In this document: positions 37,284 to 49,807 of the stretch, one piece after another
Position numbering within the stretch: position 1 is the first letter of the stretch
How the letters are laid out: each line of letters opens with the position of its first letter
From: Eledone cirrhosa
Taxonomy: Eukaryota
Direction: 5' to 3'
DNA: 64,000 bases
Assembly (NCBI GenBank): GCA_964016885.1
Contig: OZ024746.1
Coordinates: 68,696,001-68,760,000 of the forward strand
Notes under the pieces: generated by a model
Databases searched by the model: none
The model's input: the letters and a program-made list of their open reading frames with translations, nothing else
What the model was told of the DNA's origin: nothing
Position numbers and translations under genes: made by a program

Positions 37284-37843
37284 AAAACCACACATATTTT
37301 CATGCATCCCAATTCTGTATATTTATAATCAAGTTTGAAAAGAGAATGTGAAATAATTGAAAAGAAAAAGTAGTAATAGCAGAAAAGATGAAATGAAAGA
37401 AAAACCATCATTTTTTTTTAAAAATCATCTCTAGCAGTTGTTTTCCAATCTGGTGAATCAATCCAAAAATATTTAGTAGAAAATGTAAAACCGAAATGAC
37501 AGGAAAATATTGAATAAAAAAAATCCAAAAACGTGTATCCAGAAAACTGTTATTGTCCTTAGAATATAAACTTTTTGAAGTTTCTGACCATTCTCTCTTG
37601 ATTTATCTGATATGTCTAAAGAAAAAGAAAATCTTATATCTAGTTTGTCAGGTGGAGTATATTTGACAAGCAGTGTTTATGTGATATGGTGGCTGAACAT
37701 TGAACATTTCTCATAATAGAATTCTGACTAGAAGCTTAAGATACACAGATTTGATGCAAGCAGCATTACATTGTGATCCAAAGTAAGATATAAACATTGC
37801 TAACAGGAAAAGCAAATGTTAAAATGACGATATATACATACAC

Positions 37844-37874
<31 letters not shown>

Positions 37875-37913
37875 CACATAGATGCATACATTACATATAT
37901 ATACATATACAGA

Positions 37914-39074
37914 ATCTGGTGGGCTCTTAGAAAACTAGGAGTAGATGAATGGCTTGTGAAAGCGGTACAAGCCATGTATAGGGGAGCAGTCAGCAAAGTT
38001 ATGATTAGCAATGAGTATAGCAAGGAATTTAGTGTACAGGTTGGGGTCCACCAGGGCTCTGTTCTTAGCCCCCTCCTGTTCATCATAGTCCTGCAGGCAA
38101 TAACGGAGGAGTTTAAGACCGGATGCGCATGGGAACTCCTGTATGATGATGACCTCGCACTTATAGCTGAATCTATGGTAGAACTAGAGAAGAAATTCCA
38201 AACTTGGAAGCAGGGACTAGAAAGAAAGGGTCTCAAAGTCAACATGACAAAGACTAAGGTCCTTGTAAGTAGACGAGAAAACAGAACCCAGATCGCCTCA
38301 GGGAAATGGCCTTGCTCAGTATGTAGGAAAGGTGTAGGTAGGAACTCCATTCTCTGCCCCAAATGCAAACAATGGGTACACAAGAGATGTAGCGGGATCT
38401 CAGGAAGCTTAATTGGGACAGCAAGCAGCAAACAGCCATAGGAAACAAGTACCACCAATCTCTGGGAGGGCTCTGTAGAAACAGTAGACAGCTTCTGCTA
38501 CCTAGGTGACCGAATTAGCAGCGGAGGTGGGTGTTCAGAAAGTACAATAACTAGGGTAAGAACGGGATGGAAGAAGTTTAGGGAACTACTACCACTGCTA
38601 GCTGCAAAAGGCTTCTCCCTCAAAATAAAAGGCAGACTGTATGATGCGTGTATCCGAACAGCGATGTTGCATGGTAGTGAGACCTGGGCGCTGAAGGTGG
38701 AAGACTTACGTAGATTAGAGAGAAACAAAGCCTGCATGCTCCGATGGATGTGTAATAGTAATATACACGAACGACAAAGCATAAATGAATTGAGAGAGAG
38801 ACTGAGCATAAGAGGAATCAAATGCTGTGTGCAGGAGAGGCGGTTGCGTTGGTATGGACATGTGATGCGTATGAAGGATTACAGCTGCATAAAAAGGTGC
38901 AGAGCACTAGAAGTCGATGGAAACCGCGGAGTCGGGAGATCCAAGATGACCTGGGATGAGGTGATAAAAGCCGACCTTACCCAATTACACCTCTCAAAGG
39001 CGATGACACACGACCGTGACCTCTGGCGTCACGCAGTAATACAGAGTACCCGACCTCCCATGGGTACAAGCTGA
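37914..39074 (+). pseudogene. RTE ORF remnant (reverse transcriptase C-terminal part with Cys/His finger insert)
   Basis: ORFs 37797-38441 and 38664-39074 are in the same frame, separated by a single TAG (38439-38441). The YADD motif reads YDDD. No endonuclease domain. Confidence 0.92.
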
Positions 39075-39375
39075 AGCATATAGACAATATGCCCCCCCCC
39101 CCTGCAAGGTGGTCGTGGAGGTGCTACGGCAAAAAAGCACCCAGCCCACACTGTAAAGTGGACATGTAGGCGCCACGGAAAAAAGCACCCAGCACTCACG
39201 GTAAATGAGGTTGGTGTGACGAAGGGCATCCAGCTGTAGAAATCAAGCCAAATCAGTTCCTGTATGAGCAAGGCATGGTCAGCCAACCAGACACTGCCCA
39301 CAACAGGACAACCCGTCTAACCCATGCTAGCGTTGAAGAACAGACGTAAAACGGTGATGATGATGATATTGATGA
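37914..39375 (+). mobile_element. 5'-truncated RTE-clade LINE (subfamily 1), ~1.46 kb
   Basis: RT motifs GVHQGSVLSPLLF, ELLYDDDL, LKVNMTKTK, FCYLGD, RLRWYGHVMR, followed by 3'UTR and (GAT)n tail. Confidence 0.96.
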
Positions 39376-39394
39376 CATACATATATATATATAC

Positions 39395-39425
<31 letters not shown>

Positions 39426-39448
39426 CATATACATACATACATTTATAC

Positions 39449-39481
<33 letters not shown>

Positions 39482-39654
39482 ATATATATATATATATACT
39501 AATCAGTATATATTAATTAGTATTACACCCTGCTTAGTACAACACCAATATACCTACTGGAAGCTACGCATCGAGTGCTCACTCTGGTGAACCTACAGTA
39601 ACTGGATGTTACAATCCCTATATATATATATATATATATATATATGAATAAAGT

Positions 39655-40105
39655 GGTCCTTCATCAGTGATCTTCCAACCATCATTGGTATTTCTTCGCT
39701 TTAATGACCATATACCTCCGGTTGATGCAAGCAACGGCTAAAGAAAGTTGTTGGGACATGTAAATAAAGGGAACAGCGAGAGTGTAAACAAACAAAGATG
39801 GTGAAGCAACGAAAAGTGAGGAAGAACGAGTCAAATCCCAAATTTCCATGAATATAAGTTTGGTGAAATCGTGAACGAGAGAGAATAAAGATCATCAAAC
39901 CTGGTTGGAATGTGAGCAAGGAAGGAATTTCGCACAGGTCTAACGAGAGGAAGAAGGGGTCTAGTCCGTGAATTCGGTGAACATAAGTTCTGTGAAATCG
40001 TAGACGAGAGAGAGAAAAAATGCCAACCGGCCTGGCCAAGCGTGCGAAAGAAAAGAATTACGCACAGGTCAAACGGGAAGAAGGAGGAGGAGGAGAGGTA
40101 GTAAC
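39655..40105 (-). mobile_element. CpG-rich unclassified element with ~128-bp tandem dimer and truncated hammerhead-like core (possible Penelope-like)
   Basis: Units ~39818-39945 and ~39946-40080 share GAGGAAGAA, ATAAGTT..GTGAAATCGT..ACGAGAGAGA, GAATT.CGCACAGGTC. Minus strand TCACTGATGAAGGACC at 39655-39670. Confidence 0.45.
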
Positions 40106-40146
40106 AGAGAGTGTATATATATATATATTTATATATATATATATAT

Positions 40147-40460
40147 ACATGGCTTAGTGGGCTTGCAATTGAGAGGTTGTAAATTCAATTCGTGAACTGG
40201 GTGATGCATTGTGTCCTTGGGCAAGACACTCTATTTTTCACGTTGCTCCAGTTTACTCAGAAATGAGTTGTGACATCACTGGTGTTAAGCTGTATCGGCC
40301 ATTGCCTTTCCCTTGGACAACATCGGTGGTGTGGAGAAGGCAGTCTGGTATGCATGAGCAACTGCTGGTCTTTGACAAAACAAACCTTGCCCAAGCTTGT
40401 GCCTCGGAGGGAAACGTTCTATGTGAAACACAATGATCATTCATGATCAATGGGGGCCTC
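40147..40460 (+). mobile_element. CORE-type SINE with tail type 2
   Basis: GTGTCCTTGGGCAAGACACT..TTTCACGTTGCTCCAGTTTACTCAG core. Tail AAGCTGTATCGGCC...ACCTTGCCCAAG is also seen at ~48330-48420. Confidence 0.75.
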
Positions 40461-40496
40461 TAACACACACACACACATATAGATATATAGATAGTA

Positions 40497-40682
40497 TTGG
40501 CAGTATCGGTAGCGGGCCAGACGCCATGCTTTGATGCATAGAGTTACGGCCCTTGCCATTCTGAGTTCAAATCCCGCCGACGTTAACTTTGCCTTTCTTC
40601 CTTACTGTGTCGACAAAATAAAGTACCAGTAATGCACTGGGGTAATTGCTGGCCTTGTGCCAAAAGTAGAAACAATTATTAT
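40497..40682 (+). mobile_element. Family A SINE, young (CpGs retained)
   Basis: Head, core and ATT tail all present. Confidence 0.88.
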
Positions 40683-41100
40683 ATTACTTATGTAACTCAA
40701 CAAGTCTGGAAATACATATTATTCCAAATATAGTGTTGAGTTATGGTTTATCAAAGTATAAAATATACAAATTTTTGAAATTGCTTGAATTTATCAATCC
40801 ATCTAATTCATGATAATAATATAGATTGATGCAAAATAAAAATAAAACATTTTGAGTAACTTTTATAAATGATGAAATAACAGATTTGTATAATCAATTA
40901 TCTGAAAGCTTCATACTTTGGTAGAAAGCTCTCAGAAAGCTAAATTTCCAATAGAGTTTTTATTCATGGTTAAATCTATATTCAACATAATCTATATTTT
41001 TGGAAGAGATGGGTACTGTCAGGTTGATTTACTCATGATACACCATATGAAAATGAAACTTTCCCTTCTGTAATGACCAAACAAACAACCTATTTATTAA

Positions 41101-41538
41101 CCCTTTTTATACTATTCTCCTTGATTCCAACCTGCCTGAGATCGACTCGGGTAATATTATAACAAAACAGTTCATCATGACTAAATTGAAATCTTTTTTA
41201 ATCTTTGCCCACTTATTCCTGGGAAGGCCATTGGGGCAGACTCCTCAGACACACCTTCCACGGGGTTTTATCAGAAGCAATCATCTCTAAATGATCCGAC
41301 TGGATCCCCAAGCAAAATTAACTGAGCTCATAAGGATCGTTTCTTAATTATGTGTCGCAATGATGCTAAATTAAAATCCTTTGTCAAAATTTTAAGTAAG
41401 AACCTTTTATTTAAAACACCAGCTTAAAAAAATGAAAAGATCAAATATTTTATTTAATTCCTTCATATTCTTAATTATTTTTAAAGCTAACTGAAAAGCA
41501 GACATATTTATTTCATTAGAAAAATGGTCACAGAAGGA
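41101..41538 (+). mobile_element. piggyBac-like MITE family 2 with nested LINE 3' end
   Basis: TTAA|CCCTTTT start and degenerate GAAGGA|TTAA end. Internal AAACACCAGCTTAA motif shared with ~63490. Confidence 0.6.
41194..41365 (-). mobile_element. 172-bp 5'-truncated non-LTR retrotransposon 3' end with 13-bp TSD
   Basis: CTAAATT(G/A)AAATC at 41181-41193 and 41366-41378. Minus strand ends DHLEMIASDKTPWKVCLRSLPQWPSQE* (RTE-like A.DR..W motif) with a short A tail. Confidence 0.7.
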
Positions 41539-41546
41539 TTAATAAT

Positions 41547-41739
41547 TGTTTCTACAAGGCCAGCAATTAACCAGTGCATTACTGGTACTTTACTTTATCG
41601 ACCCCGTAAGGATGAAAGGCAAAGTTAACTTCAGCAGGATTTGAACTCAGATCATACAGGGAGATAACTCTATGCTTCAAAGCATGGCGTCCGACCCTCT
41701 ACCGATACTGCCAGTCCACATAAAAAAAAAAAGAAAAAA
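41547..41739 (-). mobile_element. Family A SINE with 15-bp TSD
   Basis: AGAAGGATTAATAAT at 41532-41546 and 41740-41754. Confidence 0.85.
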
Positions 41740-43975
41740 AGAAGGATTAATAATGTTTTTATCTGGTGCCAAAATAAATGGTATGGCTAAATATTTTAAA
41801 TGATGTCTTTACTGAATGACAACCATTTTTTATAAAGTTCATAACTTAAAAAAAATTTTAACTATCAAATAAACCATGTTGAGTGTTTAAGTTTAGCAAC
41901 AAGAGGAATATGGAAGTAGGCTGCTACTCTGGCAATTATAGCTTTTATTGTGTTACTGCTATATACAGCAGGAAGTCTGTTGAAATAAATGCTCCTAAAA
42001 AGATATTAACATTAATGTTTTTTACTATGACAACAAGAAAGAAATTACTTTAATGGTTATAATGTTTCTGTTTAGCCAGATTCTTTATCAGAGCTCATAA
42101 TTTTTTTTTTTTTCATTTTTTTTGTATTCCACTGATTGTATTTTTTTTTTTATTCCAAACTAGCATAAGTGAGTTGGCTCTGCTAATTAAGATATCTGCC
42201 TGAATTCTTATAGATGCTATTTTACACTTTTCGTGCCCTGTTTACTTCCCAGTGAGAATCACAGCTGGCCAAGATGAGAAACTGACAGCCTACTGGCAAA
42301 AAAATGATCTTTATCTTGTCATTGCCATTTTTTATAATGTTGTCTAGCAACAACACATACAAAAATACTAACTAGTCACTAAATCAGACAGCAGAAAATA
42401 AACAATCTCATTGGTCAAAGGAATACGCTAATTAGCTAATGAGAGATGTCAAAAATAGTATAGCTCCATGGGCCATACTTCTGTTTAAGTGTAGGTAGCT
42501 TGGAACCAGCCATCTTTGGGGAGCAGATGCTACTGTAGTAGCAATAGTAAAGGCAGAGAGAGGGGAAGCAGCACATCTATCGGTCAGTGTCAGAGGATGT
42601 TTTCAATTAACTTCATGCCAAACAATTGGGTGACCTTAACTTGCTACAAGTTCAAACCCCACCGTGGGATTAGAATGGGGAAAGACAACCTTTTTTAAAG
42701 TTAACTCACTCGAAATATTCTTTACGAAATCTTCAATGAAAACTCCAATGATCTAGTATTAACAGATGACCTCAAGATGTTGCTTTGCTCCAGTTTAGCT
42801 TTGATCAACAGGCTTATGATAATCCCATCTAATCATATGCATCTTCTTTTTAGTGTTTAGTCAGTGAGGAAAGGACAGTGCCCATGACCCTTTTCAGTGC
42901 CCCTGAAACTGATGGGAATAAGGGGGAAAGGTATCTTTAAACTAGACACCTGAGACCCAGGTGTTGCTAAAGATACCCAAAGGACATGTGGTGGTGCTAA
43001 ACAGGGCACTGGATGAAGTTTAAATCCCACCACCACCAGACCAAATGTCACAAGACATCATATGCAATGCTCTACCAATTCTCTCAATCAACTACACTGG
43101 ACACAGACTAGTACTTTATTTTATTAACTTTGAAAGAATGAAAAGCATAGTTGAGCTCAACAGGATTTGAACTCAGAGTGCCAAAACACATGTTTCATGG
43201 CATTTCATATGTATTTCCTTTTTTAAATACAGTAAAATATAATTTGAGGGAGATTTCGTTGTTATATCTAGCAAGTCAAGTGACTATGTAGAGGGTCCTT
43301 TGTTCACTCAGTCAAAAGAATTTCTAATTTATATATCAGATTAAGAGTAAAGATTTTCTTAATGAAAAATACAGATTAAATAATCCTTTGTCAAACTGTT
43401 TGGAATTTGATAATCCATGGCATATAAATTATTTAGTCAGCTCTAATTTTCTTGAAAAGAATTCTAGAAAAATAATGGTTTCTAATTTTTGCATAAGGTC
43501 AGCTGGTACTTTATTTTATCAAACACAAAAGGATGAAAAGTTGTCCTTCGCAGGATTTGAACTCAGAATATAGAAAGTTGTAACTCAATTCCACAAGGCA
43601 TTTTGTCTAATGTTCTACATTGAAGAATAATAAAAACATGTTTTAACTGACTAAACTAATTCCAGAATCTGCAAGCAGACATTATTTCTCTTGTAGATGA
43701 TATAGTAGCATGAAAATGACTTTATGAAATAACAGTCTTGTATTTAGAACAAATTTTACCAAAGTTCTAAAAACCTTCACAAAGAAGATCCAAATTCGAT
43801 ATCTTTGAAAACAAATGCTGATGGCCTGGTCTTTAATGCTATTTCACTTTAGTGAAAGTGACCAATAAAGAAATTATTATTATTCCTAGGTACCCCCCTC
43901 CCCTCTGGCTCCTCTATAACCCCCTCTTACAGATCTCTACCTTATTACCTCTAACTCTTGTAGATAAACTATAAG

Positions 43976-44257
43976 TGTTGTATGGACTGGGAATCGAACT
44001 CACAACCTCATTGTTGTATGGACTGTTAAATTCGTTTTATTCAATTTACACGTGCTCACACATTTGCATATGAATCACGTGACCTGGGCAGTCAGTCAGC
44101 GTTGGTATTAAAAACTCGGTCACAGACTGCTGCTGTCACTTACTTACTTTATGTTATTCTGCTACTGTGAGGAGGGGTGTTTTGGTTGTTTCGTACAATA
44201 CACAAATTATTTGATATAACTCGTGTTTTCTCTGCGAGTACCGAGAGGAATACAACA
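43976..44257 (+). mobile_element. Solo LTR (282 bp) with 5-bp TSD
   Basis: TGTTGTAT...ATACAACA terminal inverted ends. ATAAG duplicated at 43971-43975 and 44258-44262. TATA-like TATTAAAA at ~44107. Confidence 0.88.
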
Positions 44258-45242
44258 ATAAGCATTACATAAGTTATCTTTCTTCTCCTCTCATCTTAAA
44301 AAAGGGGTAGCCTTGCCTTTTCACTCCTACATATATGTGTGATAGACAGACAGAGAAACGGGTCTTCTTTTATAATAAAGATTGTAAGCCTTAAGATCCC
44401 CAATAACAAGGGTAGACAAATGAGCAGCTGGACTGATATTTGTGAAACAGGAAACTAAGAGTAAGAGTTGAGAAAATAAACATCTAAAAGACAATTAAGA
44501 TTCCCTACAGTGGGATTAAACCCAGAACCTGATGATTGTGAAGCAAACATCTTAACCATTAAGCCAAGCTGTGTCCATATTGTATGAAATAACAGGCTTT
44601 CACCTAACAGTACATGTCCATATTGTTAATGAAATAAACAGCACATCTGCTTCAATTAATTTTCATATTAATCAAGAATTTAGAAGGATTCAGTAAAATA
44701 ATTAAAATTCAGTAAAATGTTCATTTAATGTCTGTTATTGCTGCTGATGTTCTGATGTTGTTGTTTAACCAAAGACCAGCCTTGTTGGTGTAGATGTTTG
44801 ATAAAAGACATTCCGTCTCTGACTATGCTGCATATCTTTCACTTTTTAAGATGGTAGGGCATAATTTTAGGTATATTTGGCTGGTATTTCTACCAAGTCA
44901 AGCAATATATAAACACAGAGAGAGGTTTCTTCAATAGTTACTACATTTATTGGTTGTTTTTTTAGCCCCAAGTCAGCTCTGATCAAGCAGACATGCGTGC
45001 AATAAAAACCATGACCATTCTGTCTTTTTCTTATGTGCTTGGCAGAACCACATTAATGTGTTCTTTCTAAGGTGGTTAGGTGTTATTTGAAGTAGATTTA
45101 GCTGCTATTTCTAACAGGTCAAGCAATATACACATGTAGAAGTTCCTTTATTGCTTTATTCATAAAGTGGTATATTAAACTAGTGTTTGTAACACATTTA
45201 ACAAAATGTTCTTTTATTATATTATAGTAGAGGTGAGGACAG

Positions 45243-45458
45243 TGGCTTGGCAGTATCAGTAGAGTGTCAGGCAAGATGCTTTGTGGCATATAGTTATGGT
45301 TCATTACATTCAGAGTTCAAATTCCACCAAGGTTAGCTTTGCCTTTTATCCTTACGGAGTCAATAAAATAAAGTATCATGATGCACTGGGGTCAATTTAG
45401 CTGACTTTCTTCTTCCCTTCAAATTGCTGGCCTTGTTCCAAAAAGTGGAAACAATTAT
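45243..45458 (+). mobile_element. Family A SINE
   Basis: Head, core and tail motifs as in 9026-9217. Confidence 0.8.
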
Positions 45459-48017
45459 ATCATATTCACATAAGAGGTTTTAATTTATACATGAGTCATC
45501 TAAGACCAAAGGGTTTGTATCCTTGAATGAGATGGGTTAGGGTTAAAAGCATTAAAAAACAGATTTCTCTTTATGCCATGTACAAGTACATTGAATAGAG
45601 TACTTGCTTAAATACTTCACTTTATATTGACTTCGGGGAGACGGGAACAGGAAATTGTAATATTCATATCTTTTCAAAGGGTTTTAGCAACAGAAATGAA
45701 ATATTAATAGTTATTCACAGACCTATATATATTTACATATACCTATGTCTATACATAAGTATATATATAGAGCGGGGGAGGGGGGTGAAAAGTGTGAGAG
45801 AGAGAGGGTGAAAGAGGAGAGAGAAAGAGAGAAAATAGGGTAAAAAGTAAAAGCAGAAGAACGCAGAGGAGAGAAAGAGGAGGAAATTGCTTTTATTTAA
45901 AGATATTGATAAAACCATTATACCTCCTTTAAACTCTAAGCAACATCCCCTCTAATAGTAACTCTTTAAAACACACAAATCTATAACAAATAAGTACATT
46001 TCTAACCTATCGTGTAGATAAATGTATTTAAGGGAGGAAGGTTATATCTGGTGGGGGGGGGGGGGGGGCGAATAATGACAAAAAGAAATGATAAGCATAC
46101 ATGAAATAAAACAAAATTCTTCAATTTTTATTGTAAATATTTTCAGATATTAGTTGTTATGCATGAAATAGTTATGTGTAAATGCAGCCAACCTGTATTG
46201 CAGATATTTATGCAGTAATAATCTCTTTATAAGCATGGCATATGTTTTTTTTTTAGTTTTTTTTTTGTTTTTTTACCTTATAGACCCTAGAAAATCTAAG
46301 TGTGTCAAAGAGTACTTGAACATGACTTTCATATTTATTCTGAAGCAAAAATAACAATGATATTTACATTAATTTACCATTTGTTGATTGTTTCTTTTTT
46401 GTTATGCACCGAGCAGAGATACAAATGCAAAACAGGTTGTTGAGTTGTTGTTTTTTAAGGAACATGAAGAAAATGGCATAAATAAAGCAGTAAATGGAAG
46501 AAAAAAAATGGACAGAAATAGTGATTGAATTAGAAATGCAATAAAAGTCAAGAAATAACATAGAAGATAAGTTTAGATATTAAGGTAGAGATATGATGGT
46601 GGTGCTGGTGATGATGATGGTGGTGCTAGTAGTGGTGGTGATGATAGGGATATCAATTTATTGAAAGTGAAGAGTGAAAATATATAGAAAAATCAAAGAA
46701 TGAAGACATTGGATGAAGATATTAAGAATGGTAAAATAAAAAATATATATTTTTTTTTTTTTAAACTATAGGTTGGAAAAGGCCACCACCACCACCTCCA
46801 CTACACCCACCACCATCACCACCACTATCATTTGAGCCTATCAGAATATAGAGTGAAATTGAAAAGATGAACCACTCACTAGTGGTATGGATTATGTACA
46901 GAGATAACAAATACTCAAGGGATCGTTGGGAAAAGGAAAAGAGAAAATGTTTTAGTTATACAATCAATACCACTTGAAAGATCTCATCTACCATCACTAT
47001 CACCACCGCCACCACTACCTCTGTCGCCACCACTGCCGCTAACAACATTGACTGAGAACTCTTTACTAAACACCTCCTTGTGCCAAGCAATCTCCTTTTT
47101 GCCTTATTACAATATAGCCAGGCCTCCTTCAAGCAAGAATACATGCTTAAGCTAAGATTAACTTCAGTTTTCTTTTGTAAATGTAATCCCTATTGGAAAT
47201 AGAATTTTTCCTAAGCAAACAAGTCAAGTTTTGAGAAAAGAATAAATGTAAATGAGAAAAAAAGAAAAGTAAACAAAAAAATAATAATAACAGAAGAATT
47301 CCCAGTCAATGAAATAGTTTCTCTAATATTATTTTCCTTTCTTTACATCAAACAAAATAGAAGAAAGAAGTAGATTTTAATAGCATGCTCTGTAGAATAG
47401 AAGAAGCATATTTCAAGTGCTGAGCGAATATTTATTATTAATTTATTAAGGTTAGTGGAAATAACTGAATTAATTATGCATATTTGTAAATCTTTATAGA
47501 ATAAGACTTCAGGTCTTGATTATTAGATTTAAGAAAAAGAAACATCACTTAACCAGTCTAAACTAAAGAAAAATCAAAACAAAATATCAAAGTAATATAA
47601 ACAATATTGGATATTTTTTAATGTTTGGAATACTGTCTAATGAGTAGAAGAGAACATTTTTTTTTTTTTTTTTCGGTACAATATGAGAAGATTGAAAATA
47701 GTACTCTTCTTGTGATTTTGTGATTTGAGAAAGATGAGGAAGGAAAGGTTATATGTATTTACTGATGTAGCTGAAGAGTGATGTGATTCTTTGTTATTAT
47801 CATAATCTTCATTTAATCTAACATCTTTTCTTTTCATGCTTAAATGGATCAGAGAAGTCTACAAAGCCAGACCTATCACTATATTTCTATACAAAACATA
47901 TATTATCATTACTTATTTTTACTGATGGATACCTACCTAACAGGTGCAGTTTATTTCATTGTGGGGTTCTCTTCCTAACACAAACCACAATAGAGAGAGA
48001 GAGAGAGAGAGAGAGAT

Positions 48018-48325
48018 TGTTTGATGCTGTGTATATACTGCAATGTTGCATGATACTGAGACGTGGGCATTGAATAGAGAGGATAAATGAAAGCTGAAAA
48101 GAAATGAAGTTAGCATGCTTCACTAGATATACAACAACGGTGTATATCAGATGAGTTGAGAGAAAAACTGGATATAAGAAGAATTAGATGTTGTGTAAAA
48201 GAGAGAAGACTGCATTGGTATGGAAATGTAATACATATGGATGATGCCAGTTGGCTAAAGAAATACATGTAGCTCCAAGTGGAAGGAAGCTGCAGAAAAG
48301 GAAGGCTGAAGATGACATGAGCAGA
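48018..48325 (+). mobile_element. Old degenerate RTE fragment
   Basis: LFDA..YTAMLHDTETWAL...ERRLHWYGNV motifs with stops. Confidence 0.75.
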
Positions 48326-49807
48326 AATGGTACCAAGCTGTATCAGCCTTTGCAATGGAGACCGTTGCCTTCTGCAAGAAAGACCTTGCCCAAGTTTGGG
48401 GGAATGTTAAGTATGCAATGCCAGCTTAGAGCCACAAAATAACTTAAAAGTGCAAGGGCAAGGTGCATGAGTTGCAGGGGCTGTTCCAACACATCTCCCT
48501 TGACATCCTCTGGGACATCTTCTCCATTCTGTCTGCTGGGGTCATGAGGTTGACTAACTCTTAACGGTGAGATGTTAAATATGTTTAATGAACGATTTAT
48601 GTCACATAAAGGTGTGTGGCTAGAGAATTGGATTCGCAATTGTGAGGTTGTGAGTTCGATTCCCGGACCGGGTGATGCGTTATGTCCTTGAGCAAGACAC
48701 TTTATTTCACATTACTCCTTCTACCTGGAGTATTAACCATTGGAAAGACCAATGGAAACATTGTTTCCTCAGTCCGATTTGACGAAAGTCAATCGTTCCT
48801 TTTTATGTCACATACATATATAGACTTTACTAAAAAAAAAAAAAAAACTATCCTTCATGGTGCATGTTGGAAATCTGTCAGTTCTAACAATGAGTGTTCC
48901 AGCTGTATGAACTATGAAATTAAACTACAAGTATCCAAGCATTCCACAGACATGTGTAATTTTAATGTAGTTCAGAGGAAGATTCAGCAGAACACTGTGT
49001 TACAAGGCCAGCTCTTTTGAATTACAGGTTCAACTCATTTTTTGTCAGCTGAATATATACGAGGGTGCAACTGAGATATACCACCTAGACTTGTGTGCCA
49101 TACCTACCCCTTCCTCTTAATTTCATTATTTAATTTTTATTTCATTAAATGATTTTAAAAAAAAAAAGAAATTAGTTATTGTAGAATGTGCTGGGAATAT
49201 ATCATCTCTAATTTGTTATATATTTAAATTTAAGACATCTTTGAGGCAAACATCCAAGAAATATAGCAACAGCTATAGACAACTCAATACAAAAGTACTA
49301 AGTCCACACCCACATCCTATATGATGTTGTTGTTGTGGTGGTGGAGGTTTACCAGACACAACTGAACCCAGATCAAGTAAACCTATGATCAAAGACAATC
49401 TAGCCATGATTAGCCCATCTTTTTTTTCAGGATCCCGTTTTCACAGCTATTTTTCTATGTTGATATGAATTGTATAGTTCCTCATATTCAGATATTTGTA
49501 CAAACTATTCAGATCAAATGCTTTATAGTGAAATCTCATTCTTACTCCAACACCTAACCATTAAATGAGAACTTCAGCAGGGTCACATGAATCAATGTGA
49601 GCACTTCTACACAGTTACTCAACATGCTAGAAATGGCAACTGAATCTCCTCAAATCACACCTCATTTTAGATAAGAGGGAATGCCTTTATTCATATCATT
49701 ATTAAATTTGGGCTGACAACAAAATAGCCACCACCAACAACTGACAGTTGTTTATGTATATCCAAGTAAATTAAGTAAGATAAGCATAGTAGTATGCCTT
49801 ATGTTAA

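Noticed and set aside
36458-37411. Longest ORF in the window (317 aa, Ser/Leu-rich)
   Set aside because: Antisense of a (GA)n tract, which cannot contain stops.
38439-38441. Programmed stop-codon readthrough or editing-rescued TAG in the RTE ORF
   Set aside because: The copy is 5'-truncated, has YDDD for YADD and a deletion in the finger; a simple nonsense mutation is more parsimonious.
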